Source of the DNA: a virus
Strand: one strand, 5' to 3'
IMG/VR virus record: IMGVR_UViG_3300015263_000627
Length of the DNA: 64,000 nucleotides
This document shows positions 33,935 to 43,992 of this stretch, piece after piece; position 1 is the stretch's first letter, and each line of letters starts with the position of its first letter. Under the pieces are notes generated by a model that did no database searches, was not told where the DNA came from, and saw only the letters and a list, made by a program, of their open reading frames with translations. The position numbers were made by a program, and so were the translations under genes.

Positions 33935-34162
33935 ATGCCAACATACACAATTCGCAATTGCAAAACCGGTAAAGAATTTCAAAAAACCATGACTATAAGT
34001 GAAATGGAGGTTTATCAAAAAAAGCATCCAAACCACGAAGTTTTATGTGGATTACCAATTATCGGATACAGGATGCATCGTGCAAAACCGGCTGAATGGT
34101 TCCGGGACAGATTACGAGAAATCAAGAAAAAATTTCCCAAAAATACTATAAACGTGCCTTAA
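33935..34162 (+). CDS. FmdB-like small protein conserved in T4-like phages
   Basis: MPTYTIRNCKTG...F...L..IKK. Confidence 0.6.
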   Translation: MPTYTIRNCKTGKEFQKTMTISEMEVYQKKHPNHEVLCGLPIIGYRMHRAKPAEWFRDRLREIKKKFPKNTINVP

Positions 34163-34845
34163 TGATATTTCCTCATAAATTTTTACCGCGCCAAGAATTG
34201 GTAGCGATTACCGATGAAAACGGACGGCGTTATAAGACTCCAATTGGGGATTTGCCATCCGTAACTACTGTTATTGGTCAATCCATGGATAAAACAGGAT
34301 TGGATCGATGGCGAGAATCCATTGGAGACGAGGAAGCCGATGGAATTGTAAATCAAGCCCGAGTTCGAGGGCGAGAATTACACGATCTAGCCGAAAATTA
34401 TGTCCGAAATAATCCAAATTATGCTGATGAAGCAATGCCAATAAATCTGGATACTTTTCGCCAAGTAAAAGCTTTATTGGATAAAAATCTGGAAACGGTA
34501 TATGGGATCGAATTGCCCTTGTGGTCTAAAGTCCTTCGAACGGCAGGACAAGCTGATATGATAGGGAAATGGCAAGGAAAAAATGCCATTATCGACTATA
34601 AAACATCATTGAAACCCAAGACTGAAGAAAGATGCCTTGGTTATCTATTACAGGGAACCACCTATGCCTGTATGATGTATGAACGTTATAAAATGATTAT
34701 TCCTTTAGTAGTTATTATTCTTACTATTGACCACGAATTAAGACCTGTTGTCTATTCTGTGTCATCTGATAAATACTACGATCAGGTTTATGATATTTTC
34801 GTAGAAAGGCGGCAACATGAAATCATTCAAAAGGCATTTGCTTGA
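34162..34845 (+). CDS. PD-(D/E)XK exonuclease (Cas4/RecB-like)
   Basis: LPSVTTV, RGRELH, IELPL, AGQAD, IIDYKTS and Q...YA motifs. Confidence 0.85.
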   Translation: MIFPHKFLPRQELVAITDENGRRYKTPIGDLPSVTTVIGQSMDKTGLDRWRESIGDEEADGIVNQARVRGRELHDLAENYVRNNPNYADEAMPINLDTFRQVKALLDKNLETVYGIELPLWSKVLRTAGQADMIGKWQGKNAIIDYKTSLKPKTEERCLGYLLQGTTYACMMYERYKMIIPLVVIILTIDHELRPVVYSVSSDKYYDQVYDIFVERRQHEIIQKAFA

Positions 34846-35359
34846 TGAATCGGCAAGGCGTAGCCTTTCACGTATTATGTCTCACCTTGAAGGGGGTAAT
34901 GTTGGAATTATATCCGCTTCCTTGAAGGATCGATCCGCCGCCGAAAATAATAAACATACAAACGAAATGGAGAAGGCAATCAAGTCAAGCGGCTTGGCAT
35001 ATTTCCGTCGCCATGGTCAATATGAGGGTCCAAAAGGTCTGGAAAAGGAACGGTCATTTGTTGTTCTAGGAAAAAAAGGTAATGATCAGGGTCAATTGCT
35101 CAATCTTCTAAAAACCCAAGGTAAGCTACACGGTCAACATTCGATCCTGCATAAATCTTATGATAAAAACGATGCTGAATTACACTTTTTACAAAATGAT
35201 GGAACCAATAAGGAAGGGGATACAATGTCTGTGGGAAAATTCCACCCCAACCATGTAAATCCTTATGGACATACCGTCTTATCCAAAGGGGGAGGCAAAG
35301 CGGGAAAAACACCCGCCGCCTTTAAAACTTTTGCATTTGAGGAAATAACCAATGAGTAA
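34817..35359 (+). CDS. Hypothetical protein with a T4-like head-targeting N-terminus (MKSFK..L.E)
   Basis: N-terminal motif; GIISA...EN...G.YE...E.SF...GQ.SI core (DUF3293-like). Confidence 0.55.
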   Translation: MKSFKRHLLDESARRSLSRIMSHLEGGNVGIISASLKDRSAAENNKHTNEMEKAIKSSGLAYFRRHGQYEGPKGLEKERSFVVLGKKGNDQGQLLNLLKTQGKLHGQHSILHKSYDKNDAELHFLQNDGTNKEGDTMSVGKFHPNHVNPYGHTVLSKGGGKAGKTPAAFKTFAFEEITNE

Positions 35360-36296
35360 ATTTGAGTCTTTTGCCCGAGCAACCATTATAGCCCGTAATA
35401 AAATTCGAAGCCGAAGTGGATTGCCCCTGTTGAATTTTGAAAGTGATTTGGATGAAGAAATAGCAAGTTTAAGACAGGAAGATTATCATAATTTTTATAA
35501 TGATCATCGAAAACAAGCGGAAGCTGTTATTTTATATCGTTATTTTCCTACAGAAAATGTATCAGATAGTTTTATGAAATCGGTTAAATTTGGAGCGGAA
35601 GTTTCGCAAATAGTCAAGCAATGGTGGGAGGAAAAAAATGGAGAGAAATTATAATTTTCCAGTCCCTTATCATTTTTCAGCATTTGAGGTTAGTTTTGCT
35701 CCGGGAAGATTGCAATCAATGGGTATATGGGATTTATTGCCCCGTTACATGCGAACAGAAATAATGGAAGCTTATAATAGAAGGGCTGGTTATACCCTAA
35801 CTCGTGAAGATTTAGACAACATAAACGATGAAGCATGGGAGAAAATTTCCCTATTATTTTCTTGACATATCCTGTTGAACGTGATATGATAATATACTAA
35901 TCATGGAGAATTTATAACGAACTATGTTGTTGGTTTTTAGCAGCGAAATTGGGGAAAAAATATTACATTCAGAACAAGCCAAAGGTGTAATCAATCCATC
36001 CGTTGAATTATTGAAAAACTGGATGGTCTTAGAGAACAAAAAACTTCTCAAAGAATTGAAAAAAGATGACTAACAATCAGATTGTTGTTAGTGATCTATT
36101 TCAAGGTCCTTACGAACATAATAAACGATTAGCCGAGCAAGAAATTCTAATTAGTCGTCTGGATTCTCATAAAGACGATCCGGTTATCGAAAATATTATT
36201 GCGACCTTGCAAGATTTGACTGAAAATAAAATAGCTTCGGTTGTTCATTTTGAATCGGTTGTTGATCGATTGAAAAATCATGTGGAAATTATATGA
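35352..36296 (+). CDS. Several small hypothetical ORFs (35352-35654, 35638-35865, 36066-36296)
   Basis: ORF track. Sigma70 promoter TTGACA-N17-TATGAT at 35862. Confidence 0.5.
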
Positions 36297-36856
36297 GCCA
36301 ACGCAATAGTGGTTATAAGCGTAAAAAGAATGATGAATATTTTACCCCGGAATGGGTAACAAAGGCGCTTATTCCTTATATTCCTTCTCATGTTAAACAT
36401 ATATGGGAACCTGCTGCGGGAAATGGAAAAATTGTAAACGAATTAAGAAAAAATCTTTATGATGTTACTCCAACTGATATTACAAATGGAAAAGAATGGG
36501 ATTTTTTAAAAGCAAAAATTGAATATCCTTTTTGGCATGTACCACCTGATGCTATTATAACGAATCCGCCTTTTAATCAAGCACAAGAATTTATTGAACA
36601 CGCATTAAACTTGATAAGAGTATATAACGGAATGGTCGCAATGTTATTGCGAACTGATTATGATAGTGCAAAAACTCGTCGGCATTTATTTGGAGATAAC
36701 AAAGTATTTACAAGGAAAATAATCCTAACGCGACGAATCATATGGTTTCCAAAAAAGGGTGCTGCACCATCCTACAACCATGCGTGGTATATATGGGATT
36801 ATAATCATATGCCTCAAGGTGCTGCCCCTGTTATGTCTTATTATTATGATCCCTAA
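36293..36856 (+). CDS. Orphan N6-adenine DNA methyltransferase
   Basis: DEYFTP, WEPAAGNG (SAM motif I) and ITNPPF (motif IV). Confidence 0.8.
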   Translation: MSQRNSGYKRKKNDEYFTPEWVTKALIPYIPSHVKHIWEPAAGNGKIVNELRKNLYDVTPTDITNGKEWDFLKAKIEYPFWHVPPDAIITNPPFNQAQEFIEHALNLIRVYNGMVAMLLRTDYDSAKTRRHLFGDNKVFTRKIILTRRIIWFPKKGAAPSYNHAWYIWDYNHMPQGAAPVMSYYYDP

Positions 36857-36913
36857 CCCATTGATTTTCCATGTTTCTTAGTTCTTGACATAGCCCTTGG
36901 GGTGTGTTATTCT
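36854..36913 (+). promoter_or_regulatory. Repeated early promoter unit 4
   Basis: TAACCCATTGATTTTCCATGTTTCTTAGTTC-TTGACA-N17-TATTCT. Confidence 0.75.
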
Positions 36914-36919
36914 CTTATC

Positions 36920-37798
36920 ATGAGAAAAAGAACCGACATTCATCGCCCAAGTGCGATCCGTCCGCTTGAATATGAATATATCGCCATGGACTATATTGGT
37001 CCATCTGCTAACAATGATTGGCGATTCCTAGCGTCGGAAAGACAGGTTTTCCGCGCCCATCAAGCCGATACCAAAGGAAAATTTTCCCACCACGATCATG
37101 GCGGATCATGCCATATCTGTGGTGCGAATGCGTTTTATATTGCCAAGTTTTACCACAAGAAAACCAATTCCTATATCGTTACCGGCACCGATTGTGCCGA
37201 AAAGATGTCAATGGGTGACCCCACCGCTTTCAAGGCTTTCCGTAAGCGGGTGCTGGAACATGCCCGCGCCGAAAAAGGCAAAAAGAAAGCTATCGAATAT
37301 CTTTGCGAGCGTGGCTTGTCGAAAGCTTGGGACATTTATATGAGTCCCGAATATAAAACTGGCTCTGTCCCGCGTGATGTAAATATCCTTAGCGATATTC
37401 TTGCCCGCCTTGTAAAATGGGGCAATTTGTCGGAAGGTCAGGTCAATTTTCTGAAAACGTTGGTCAATCGCATTGAGAATCGCGACAAGATCGAAGCCGA
37501 ACGTGCTGCCAAATATGCTACCGCGAAAGAGGTTCCGGTTAGCGACAAGCGCATAAAGGTTACCGGTGTCGTGCTGGCTGTGAAGCCCCCAAGCGAATGG
37601 GATCGTTTCGGCATGTGGAAAATGCTGGTCGAGTCCACCGATGGCTGGAAAGTATGGGGTTCGCGCCCGCTTGCGTTGAGCGATGTTGAACGGGGTTCCT
37701 TGGTCAGTTTTGAGGCGAAGGTGACTCGCAGCGATAAAGACCCTAAATTCGGTTTCTTCAACCGTCCGTCTAAACCGGAAATAATTCAATCTGTATAA
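36920..37798 (+). CDS. Early protein with a CxxC...C and C-terminal OB-like domain
   Basis: CHICGA...VTGTDCAEK; C-terminal KVTGVVLAVK...F.AKV...FGFF.RP. More GC-rich codon use than its flanks. Confidence 0.65.
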   Translation: MRKRTDIHRPSAIRPLEYEYIAMDYIGPSANNDWRFLASERQVFRAHQADTKGKFSHHDHGGSCHICGANAFYIAKFYHKKTNSYIVTGTDCAEKMSMGDPTAFKAFRKRVLEHARAEKGKKKAIEYLCERGLSKAWDIYMSPEYKTGSVPRDVNILSDILARLVKWGNLSEGQVNFLKTLVNRIENRDKIEAERAAKYATAKEVPVSDKRIKVTGVVLAVKPPSEWDRFGMWKMLVESTDGWKVWGSRPLALSDVERGSLVSFEAKVTRSDKDPKFGFFNRPSKPEIIQSV

Positions 37799-37814
37799 AC
37801 AAAAGGAAAATATC

Positions 37815-40800
37815 ATGCTTCAATTTTTGGCTTTGCATCCTGATGTAACCCCCGATCATGTTGGTCTGATTCCTACATTCCTTGATGTGAATGATCCGGA
37901 ACCGGCTGCAAAACAGATCGATAAAAATTATCAACATGGCGGTGGTTGGCATCCTTCGAAGGGTTTTAAATTGACAAAGAAATTTGCGTTGGTTTATCCG
38001 GGTGATCCCCCACTTGTGCCTTTGGCAATGTCTCAACTCCGGGATGAAACTATTCTTATCTACCCATACGGGTATGTTGCTATTGTGCAACCTAACCACG
38101 ATTTTGAAGCTTCCCGGGTGGACTAAAAATAGTTCTTGACTCCAATCTCCAATCATGGTATGATCTTATTATGATGACAAAATTGAGCTATGAGGAAAAG
38201 GCTAAGTCCCTATGGGAAGCCTTTGATGAAAATGCCAAATGTGGCATTCGTTTCGGTTTATTTCCCGCTGATGTAATGAGGGAAGCTGAAAAAACCGGAT
38301 ATACCGATTCTAAAAAGCTATGTGTAGCTTTGATGGATTGTGCTTCTAACGATGGTGGAATGAGAGCTTAATAATGAAATGCGATTTTTGCCAAGACACC
38401 AAAATGCTCATTCTCGATGCATTGCAAGTTGATGCAGCTAGAAAGCGATGGCAATGGGCGAGGCTTGGTCCGGGAGCCAATGATTGCCCGTATTGCGTAC
38501 AAATACCACTAAATGAGAAAATGGAAAAGGAATATAGGCAATGACTGATGTAGTTTACACATTCGAAGATCGTGCCGTAAAAAATGAGCGCAAGGCGCAA
38601 GAATTAATCAAGACGCAAGCCGTTCATCGTGCCAATGCCGAAGCATGGGAGACCATGGCGGTTTATGGTCCGGAAGAATACCGGGATGCTCGCCTCAAAA
38701 TGGCGGTATATGAATTGAAAAAAGCGGGGATTATGTAATGGCTAAGAAAATTTCCCATATGGATTTGTTGATGGCGATTTCGTCATTAACCGATGAAAAT
38801 CAGCTAAATCAGATAAGCGCAGCGGTCAAGAATCGCAAGGATTCTTTATCACAGATTAGGCTTACAACAATCAAGGTGGGCGATACTGTTAAATTTGCCA
38901 ATATTCGCCCGACATATTTGGCAGGATTAACTGCTAAGGTAGTCGATGTAAAACGGAAAACGGTGGTAGTATCAATGCCGCAAAATCCGCAATATGGGCG
39001 GTTTGCAGGATTGCCGCGAGTCCGGGTTCCTATATCTCTTATTGCGTGAGGAAACATGCCGAATAAAGACAAAGCTGATAAGGTCAATGCTATCATTGCT
39101 GATTTAGCAAATGATCTGCGTCCCCTAGTGGATCGGATTGAAAAAAGACCGCTTCCGACAACCAAAAACAATTATGGCGAATATCTCGCCCTAATTGGCA
39201 AGCTTTCACGCGGCGATCATAATATGGGTAAAATAGTTACCGCCGCTTTGCTTGATGCCGGGGCAAACCATGCCGGGGTTGCTTCCGCTTACAAAATCTC
39301 GTTTGGGGGTTGATATGCGAAGCAAATCATATCTATTTACGCTTGATTTGAATCCTATAGTTCAACCATGGGACGAATATTTTGATAAACTTGGTTGTTA
39401 TAGCAAATTGAAACGACTTGCCAAGCTTCATAATATTGTTCGTCGCGTTGTTGAACCTGATAAACCCGAGAACGATATCCGGGTCAGGGTTTATGGGCGA
39501 CTTGGTAAAAATAGCCCTTATCGGCGTTTATATAGTCGAACACGCGGAAATGTTAGGCTCCGAGATGCTTCCAGATTTGACGTGTATATTCAAGGTGGAT
39601 GGAAATGGTTTCGCGTAAACCAAAAATAACTTATCAGCAATCATTGGCGCTTAATAGTCTTGAATGGCAAAGACAGCAATTAATACGATTGGGACATATT
39701 GAGGCGGCTAAAATTATTACTGAGGTTTATGAAAAAGTTTTGGATGAAATGGTGGAACAAAATGCCAAAAAATGAACAATTAGAACCGGACCTTTACATT
39801 AGTAATGAAGGTTCAATTTTTCTTGTCAATCCTATCTCCGATAAAGGCAGACAATGGTTACAAGAAAATATCGATCCCGAAGCATTAATGTTTCATGATG
39901 CTATCGTGGTTGAACATCGCTTTATCGGCGCTATTGTCGATGGTGCCCAAAATGATGGATTGATGGTCGAATGAAAGAATACCATACTACTGGGGGTCGT
40001 CTTGCGGTTCCGTTTGTTCATATAAATGGAACTAGCAAGGCAAGCTTGCTTGAAGGTTATACAAAGGCTTATGAAAGCCTATTGGATGCTGAAAAAGCTT
40101 TGTGTGCAATGGCACCCCATATGCGGGATTATTACCCATATCCATTAAAAGATGGTCAATGGGAACTAGCCGATGATCAACATGCGGCTCGCTTGAGAAA
40201 AATATCTGAAATTATGTCCGATTTGATCGTGCTTTCGACGGCGGTTATGGAGCAAGGAAAATGAAAAGTAGAGGTGAATTTGTGAATGAAGCGGTAAATC
40301 TGTTAACTAATATAGGGGCTACAGATGTATCACTCAAAAATGTTACCAAATTAGCCGACACATTACAAGCAAATTATAATGCCGGTGTTATGAATAGTAT
40401 GCAAACAATAAGATCAAATGAAGAATTTTACAGTCACCAAATGAGATTGGCAAAATCAAGTCTTTCGAGTGTTTTGCGAATTGTTCTTGATGATATTCAC
40501 AAACTGATGGTGAAGTCATGAACCTATACGAAAAATGTCTAGTGTTTTTCTTTTCGGAAGTCCTGAATGGACTATTCGTTTTGTTGGTTTTAACACCGAT
40601 AATAGCGGCATGGCTGTATTATTGGGGATGGTTATAATGACTGAAACAGTATCGCTACTTGAATTTTGGGGAATGCTTGCTCGCGCCGATTGGTATTATG
40701 AGGCTTCGGACGATCATAGTGTTTGGCAAGCAGGTGTAGAATCTTTTCGAAAACTGGAAGAAATAGCTAAACAATCGTCTAAACATACCAAACTTTATCA

Positions 40801-41133
40801 AAGATTTGGTGACCATTATTTCAGTGGAAAACCTTGGGGAACTAAACAGGCTCCCTTACCAAGAAAGCCAAAATCATGAAGAAACACGGAAAAATATATG
40901 AAGCCATTGCCGAAGATTTGACTAATCTAGGCGGTCCTATGGGCACTGAGGAAGTTTATGAAAAATGGCGACGATTATTTTATCAACCATCAGCCGCTAA
41001 AGAATATTGTGAGCAGGATTATAAAAAATACCATAGAAGCTCATTTAAATGGAAAAAAGATGGGCAAGGATGGTCATCAGGTGATTTATTATTCATTATG
41101 TATTCGGTGCGTCCGGTGAAAATTTATACTTGA
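37815..41133 (+). other. Block of about 10 small coupled early (host-takeover) hypothetical ORFs
   Basis: ORFs 37815-38126, 38171-38371, 38541-38738, 38738-39049, 39056-39313, 39312-39629, 39762-39974, 39971-40264, 40261-40521, 40637-40879 and 40876-41133. Promoter TTGACT-N17-TATGAT at 38136. Confidence 0.6.
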
Positions 41134-41198
41134 CACCGCCCCCTAAATATGTTATGATAATAAAATAAGATTTGCACTTTTAAAATGGAGAAAATAAA

Positions 41199-42173
41199 AT
41201 GTCGCATGATTTAGAATTTATTGGCGGTAAAGCCGCTATGGTATATACCAAGTCCGGGGGTGTTCCTTGGCATGGTTTCGGGTTTCCTATTAAAGATGAT
41301 ATGGCACCCAAGGAAATGCTCAAGGTAGCCAAATTGAATTGGACCGTTGAAAAGGTCCCGGCATATGCCACAATCAACGGTAAAAGAATTAATCTTGATA
41401 CCATGGCACTGGTTCGTTCGTCAGACCACAAAATTCTTGATGAAGTTTCGGGCGATTGGAATCCCCTGCAAAATGAGGAAGCTTTTGACTTTTTCCGCGA
41501 ATATTGCGATGCAGGCAATATGAGCATGGAAACTGCCGGTTCCTTGAAGGGTGGTCGCCTTGTATGGGTTATGGCAAAGATTAAGGGCGACAAATTTGCT
41601 CTATTCAAGGGCAAAGACGTAGTTGAGTCTTATGTCCTACTAACGAATCCATTCATATACGGTATGAGTATTTCGGCAAGCCTTAGCATGATTCGCGTGG
41701 TTTGTGCCAATACCCTAGCCGCTTCGCTAAGTGCTTCTAAGGGTGATAAGATCGTCAGAGTAACACACCGCAAGGAGTTTATCGCTGATGATGTAAAACA
41801 GACCCTTGGCTTGGCGCATGAACGCATGGTGAAATATAAGGAAGCCGCTAATTTCCTTTCCAACAAAAAGGCAACCCCGGAACAGATTTCGGAATATTTG
41901 AAACAAGTGTTCCCGGTAATTACCCAAAAGTCCAAATCCAAAAAGGAATTGAGCAAGAATGCCAAGTCCGTTTTGGCGGTCATGGATACCCAACCCGGAG
42001 TTGAATTTGGGCGTGGAACTTGGTGGCAGGCATTGAATGCGGTAACCTACCATCTTGACCATAGTGCTGGTCGTAATGCCGATACCCGCTTGACTAGTGC
42101 CTACTATGGTCTTGGCAAGAAAACCAAGCTAAAGGCTTTGGAACTTGCTGTCCAGATGGCAGACGCTTCCTAA
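41199..42173 (+). CDS. DUF932 family phage/plasmid protein
   Basis: VPWHG.G, LQNEEAFDF, METAGSLKGGRLVW, RVVCANTL and GTWWQALNAVT. Promoter TTGACA-N17-TATGAT at 41130. Confidence 0.9.
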   Translation: MSHDLEFIGGKAAMVYTKSGGVPWHGFGFPIKDDMAPKEMLKVAKLNWTVEKVPAYATINGKRINLDTMALVRSSDHKILDEVSGDWNPLQNEEAFDFFREYCDAGNMSMETAGSLKGGRLVWVMAKIKGDKFALFKGKDVVESYVLLTNPFIYGMSISASLSMIRVVCANTLAASLSASKGDKIVRVTHRKEFIADDVKQTLGLAHERMVKYKEAANFLSNKKATPEQISEYLKQVFPVITQKSKSKKELSKNAKSVLAVMDTQPGVEFGRGTWWQALNAVTYHLDHSAGRNADTRLTSAYYGLGKKTKLKALELAVQMADAS

Positions 42174-42200
42174 TGCTTTTGACTGCTGAAGAATGGCTAA

Positions 42201-42243
42201 ACCGTCCGGAATATCAGGATTATACAATTCTTGACCCGGACGG
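42201..42243 (+). terminator. Long hairpin after DUF932
   Basis: CCGTCCGG...TCAGGATT-ATAC-AATTCTTGA...CCGGACGG. Confidence 0.45.
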
Positions 42244-42348
42244 TTGGGATAGGGAAAATTTTGACGTTAGTTGGAATGAAAAGATAAGTCGCGAAGAATT
42301 TATCAAACGTCTTTATGAATCCACCGTTATGATTAGAAGGAAATAAAA

Positions 42349-42873
42349 ATGGGTGACCGAGCGCAAAATGTAAAAGCACTTTTGCCTTTAGAATATATTA
42401 CCCTCAAGGCACTCAATCCTGCTTGGAAAAATAGTTGGGCTAAAGATTTGGTTCGAAATCCTATCAAAGTAAAGGGAAAGCAATATGAATTAATTACTGA
42501 GCATTTTTTGACGTATAAAGGATATGATGTTCGTCCCCGCATTCATTCATCACATGATAGAATCATTGATGGGAAAACTGCTGAAATAAAGGGAGCATCA
42601 AGTTCAAATGGGATTTTTTCCTTTATGCAGATTAGACCCAAACAAGGATATCAAAAATTAATTTTTATGGCTGTTCATCCAGATAAGGTTGAATTTTATG
42701 AATTTGACCATAAAAAGGTCAAAAGATTTATCACCAATGGAACTTTCAAACCACAACATGGTGGTAAAGAAAATAATGGAAAATTGAAAGATACATATAT
42801 GTTTATCGGAACATTAGATCGATTTTCACAACAAAAAATGTTTGAAATGCATTCTTCCGAATTTATGCAATGA
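42349..42873 (+). CDS. PD-(D/E)XK restriction-endonuclease-like protein
   Basis: E....L...GYDV...SHDRIIDGKTAEIK...F.QIR..Q.Y..L. Confidence 0.62.
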   Translation: MGDRAQNVKALLPLEYITLKALNPAWKNSWAKDLVRNPIKVKGKQYELITEHFLTYKGYDVRPRIHSSHDRIIDGKTAEIKGASSSNGIFSFMQIRPKQGYQKLIFMAVHPDKVEFYEFDHKKVKRFITNGTFKPQHGGKENNGKLKDTYMFIGTLDRFSQQKMFEMHSSEFMQ

Positions 42874-43940
42874 AACGACACACCAAACAATCAACCAAAC
42901 AAAAATACGGAGCGTTTCATACAGAAAACGTTGATCAACTTTTTTCTGGATTTGAAAGCCTTGTAAAAAATAAACTCATTATCGACCCATTCGTAGGGGG
43001 CGGCGATTTGATTGATTGGGCATTACAACATGGAGCTAAGGATTACGAAGTTTACGATTTATTTCCGGCATTTCCAAAAACATTGCAAAACGATTCCTTA
43101 TTCAATCCCCCGGATTATACCGGTAAATTCTTAGTAACCAATCCCCCTTATCTATCCCGGAATAAATCAAAAAAAGAAAACGTCAAGACGTTTGATAAAT
43201 GGGAACAAGATGATTTATATAAGTGTCATCTGGCGTCCTTGTATCCTACTTGTGATGCTGGTTTGATTATTTTACCGACAAATTTTTTATCAGAATCTCG
43301 ACCAAATGCACGTTATATGTTTTTCAAAAATTATACAATTGGGAAAGCCAAATACTACATGTATCAAGCCTTTCCTAACGTTACTACCGGAATAATGGTA
43401 TTTAATTTTTATAAAAACAATGATCAAATAAAAAAATTTGATATTGAAATTCATCGATCTGCGACGGATATCCAAACCGTAAAAGTGAAATTATCTCCAC
43501 AATATAATTATTTGTGGGGGGATGAATTTTTTGATTATATTGAAGATACCGACCCGATAAAAATCATCAAATATGATACCGCAAGCAAAAAGAAACCTAA
43601 TACAAAAATTGTAATTGGCTTGCTTACTAAAGGAAGCTATGGTTTAGGAGCACACATAAATACAGGAAACCCTTTGTTAGTTAGAAAAACGACATTTACA
43701 ACATATCAGATTTCTATCGATGGATATAACCTATCTAATCAACAACAAACCAAAATTGTTGATTTGTATAATAAAAAACTGAATTACTATATCAAAAAAT
43801 ATCATGGTTTATTTTTGGCAAATTACATGGGAGCCGAACAAAAGATAAAAAGCCGAAAATTCTCGAATCTTTTGTTATCTCGCGTGATAAAAGAAATATT
43901 GAACGAAAAACCATCATCTTTGGAACAATTTTTCAAATAA
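42870..43940 (+). CDS. N6-adenine DNA methyltransferase with C-terminal specificity region
   Basis: IDPFVGGGD (motif I) and VTNPPY (motif IV); overlaps the upstream nuclease gene. Confidence 0.8.
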   Translation: MKRHTKQSTKQKYGAFHTENVDQLFSGFESLVKNKLIIDPFVGGGDLIDWALQHGAKDYEVYDLFPAFPKTLQNDSLFNPPDYTGKFLVTNPPYLSRNKSKKENVKTFDKWEQDDLYKCHLASLYPTCDAGLIILPTNFLSESRPNARYMFFKNYTIGKAKYYMYQAFPNVTTGIMVFNFYKNNDQIKKFDIEIHRSATDIQTVKVKLSPQYNYLWGDEFFDYIEDTDPIKIIKYDTASKKKPNTKIVIGLLTKGSYGLGAHINTGNPLLVRKTTFTTYQISIDGYNLSNQQQTKIVDLYNKKLNYYIKKYHGLFLANYMGAEQKIKSRKFSNLLLSRVIKEILNEKPSSLEQFFK

Positions 43941-43992
43941 TTAGATACTAAAATGGATAAATAAACCGTATAAATCCGGGAGATTATCCATA

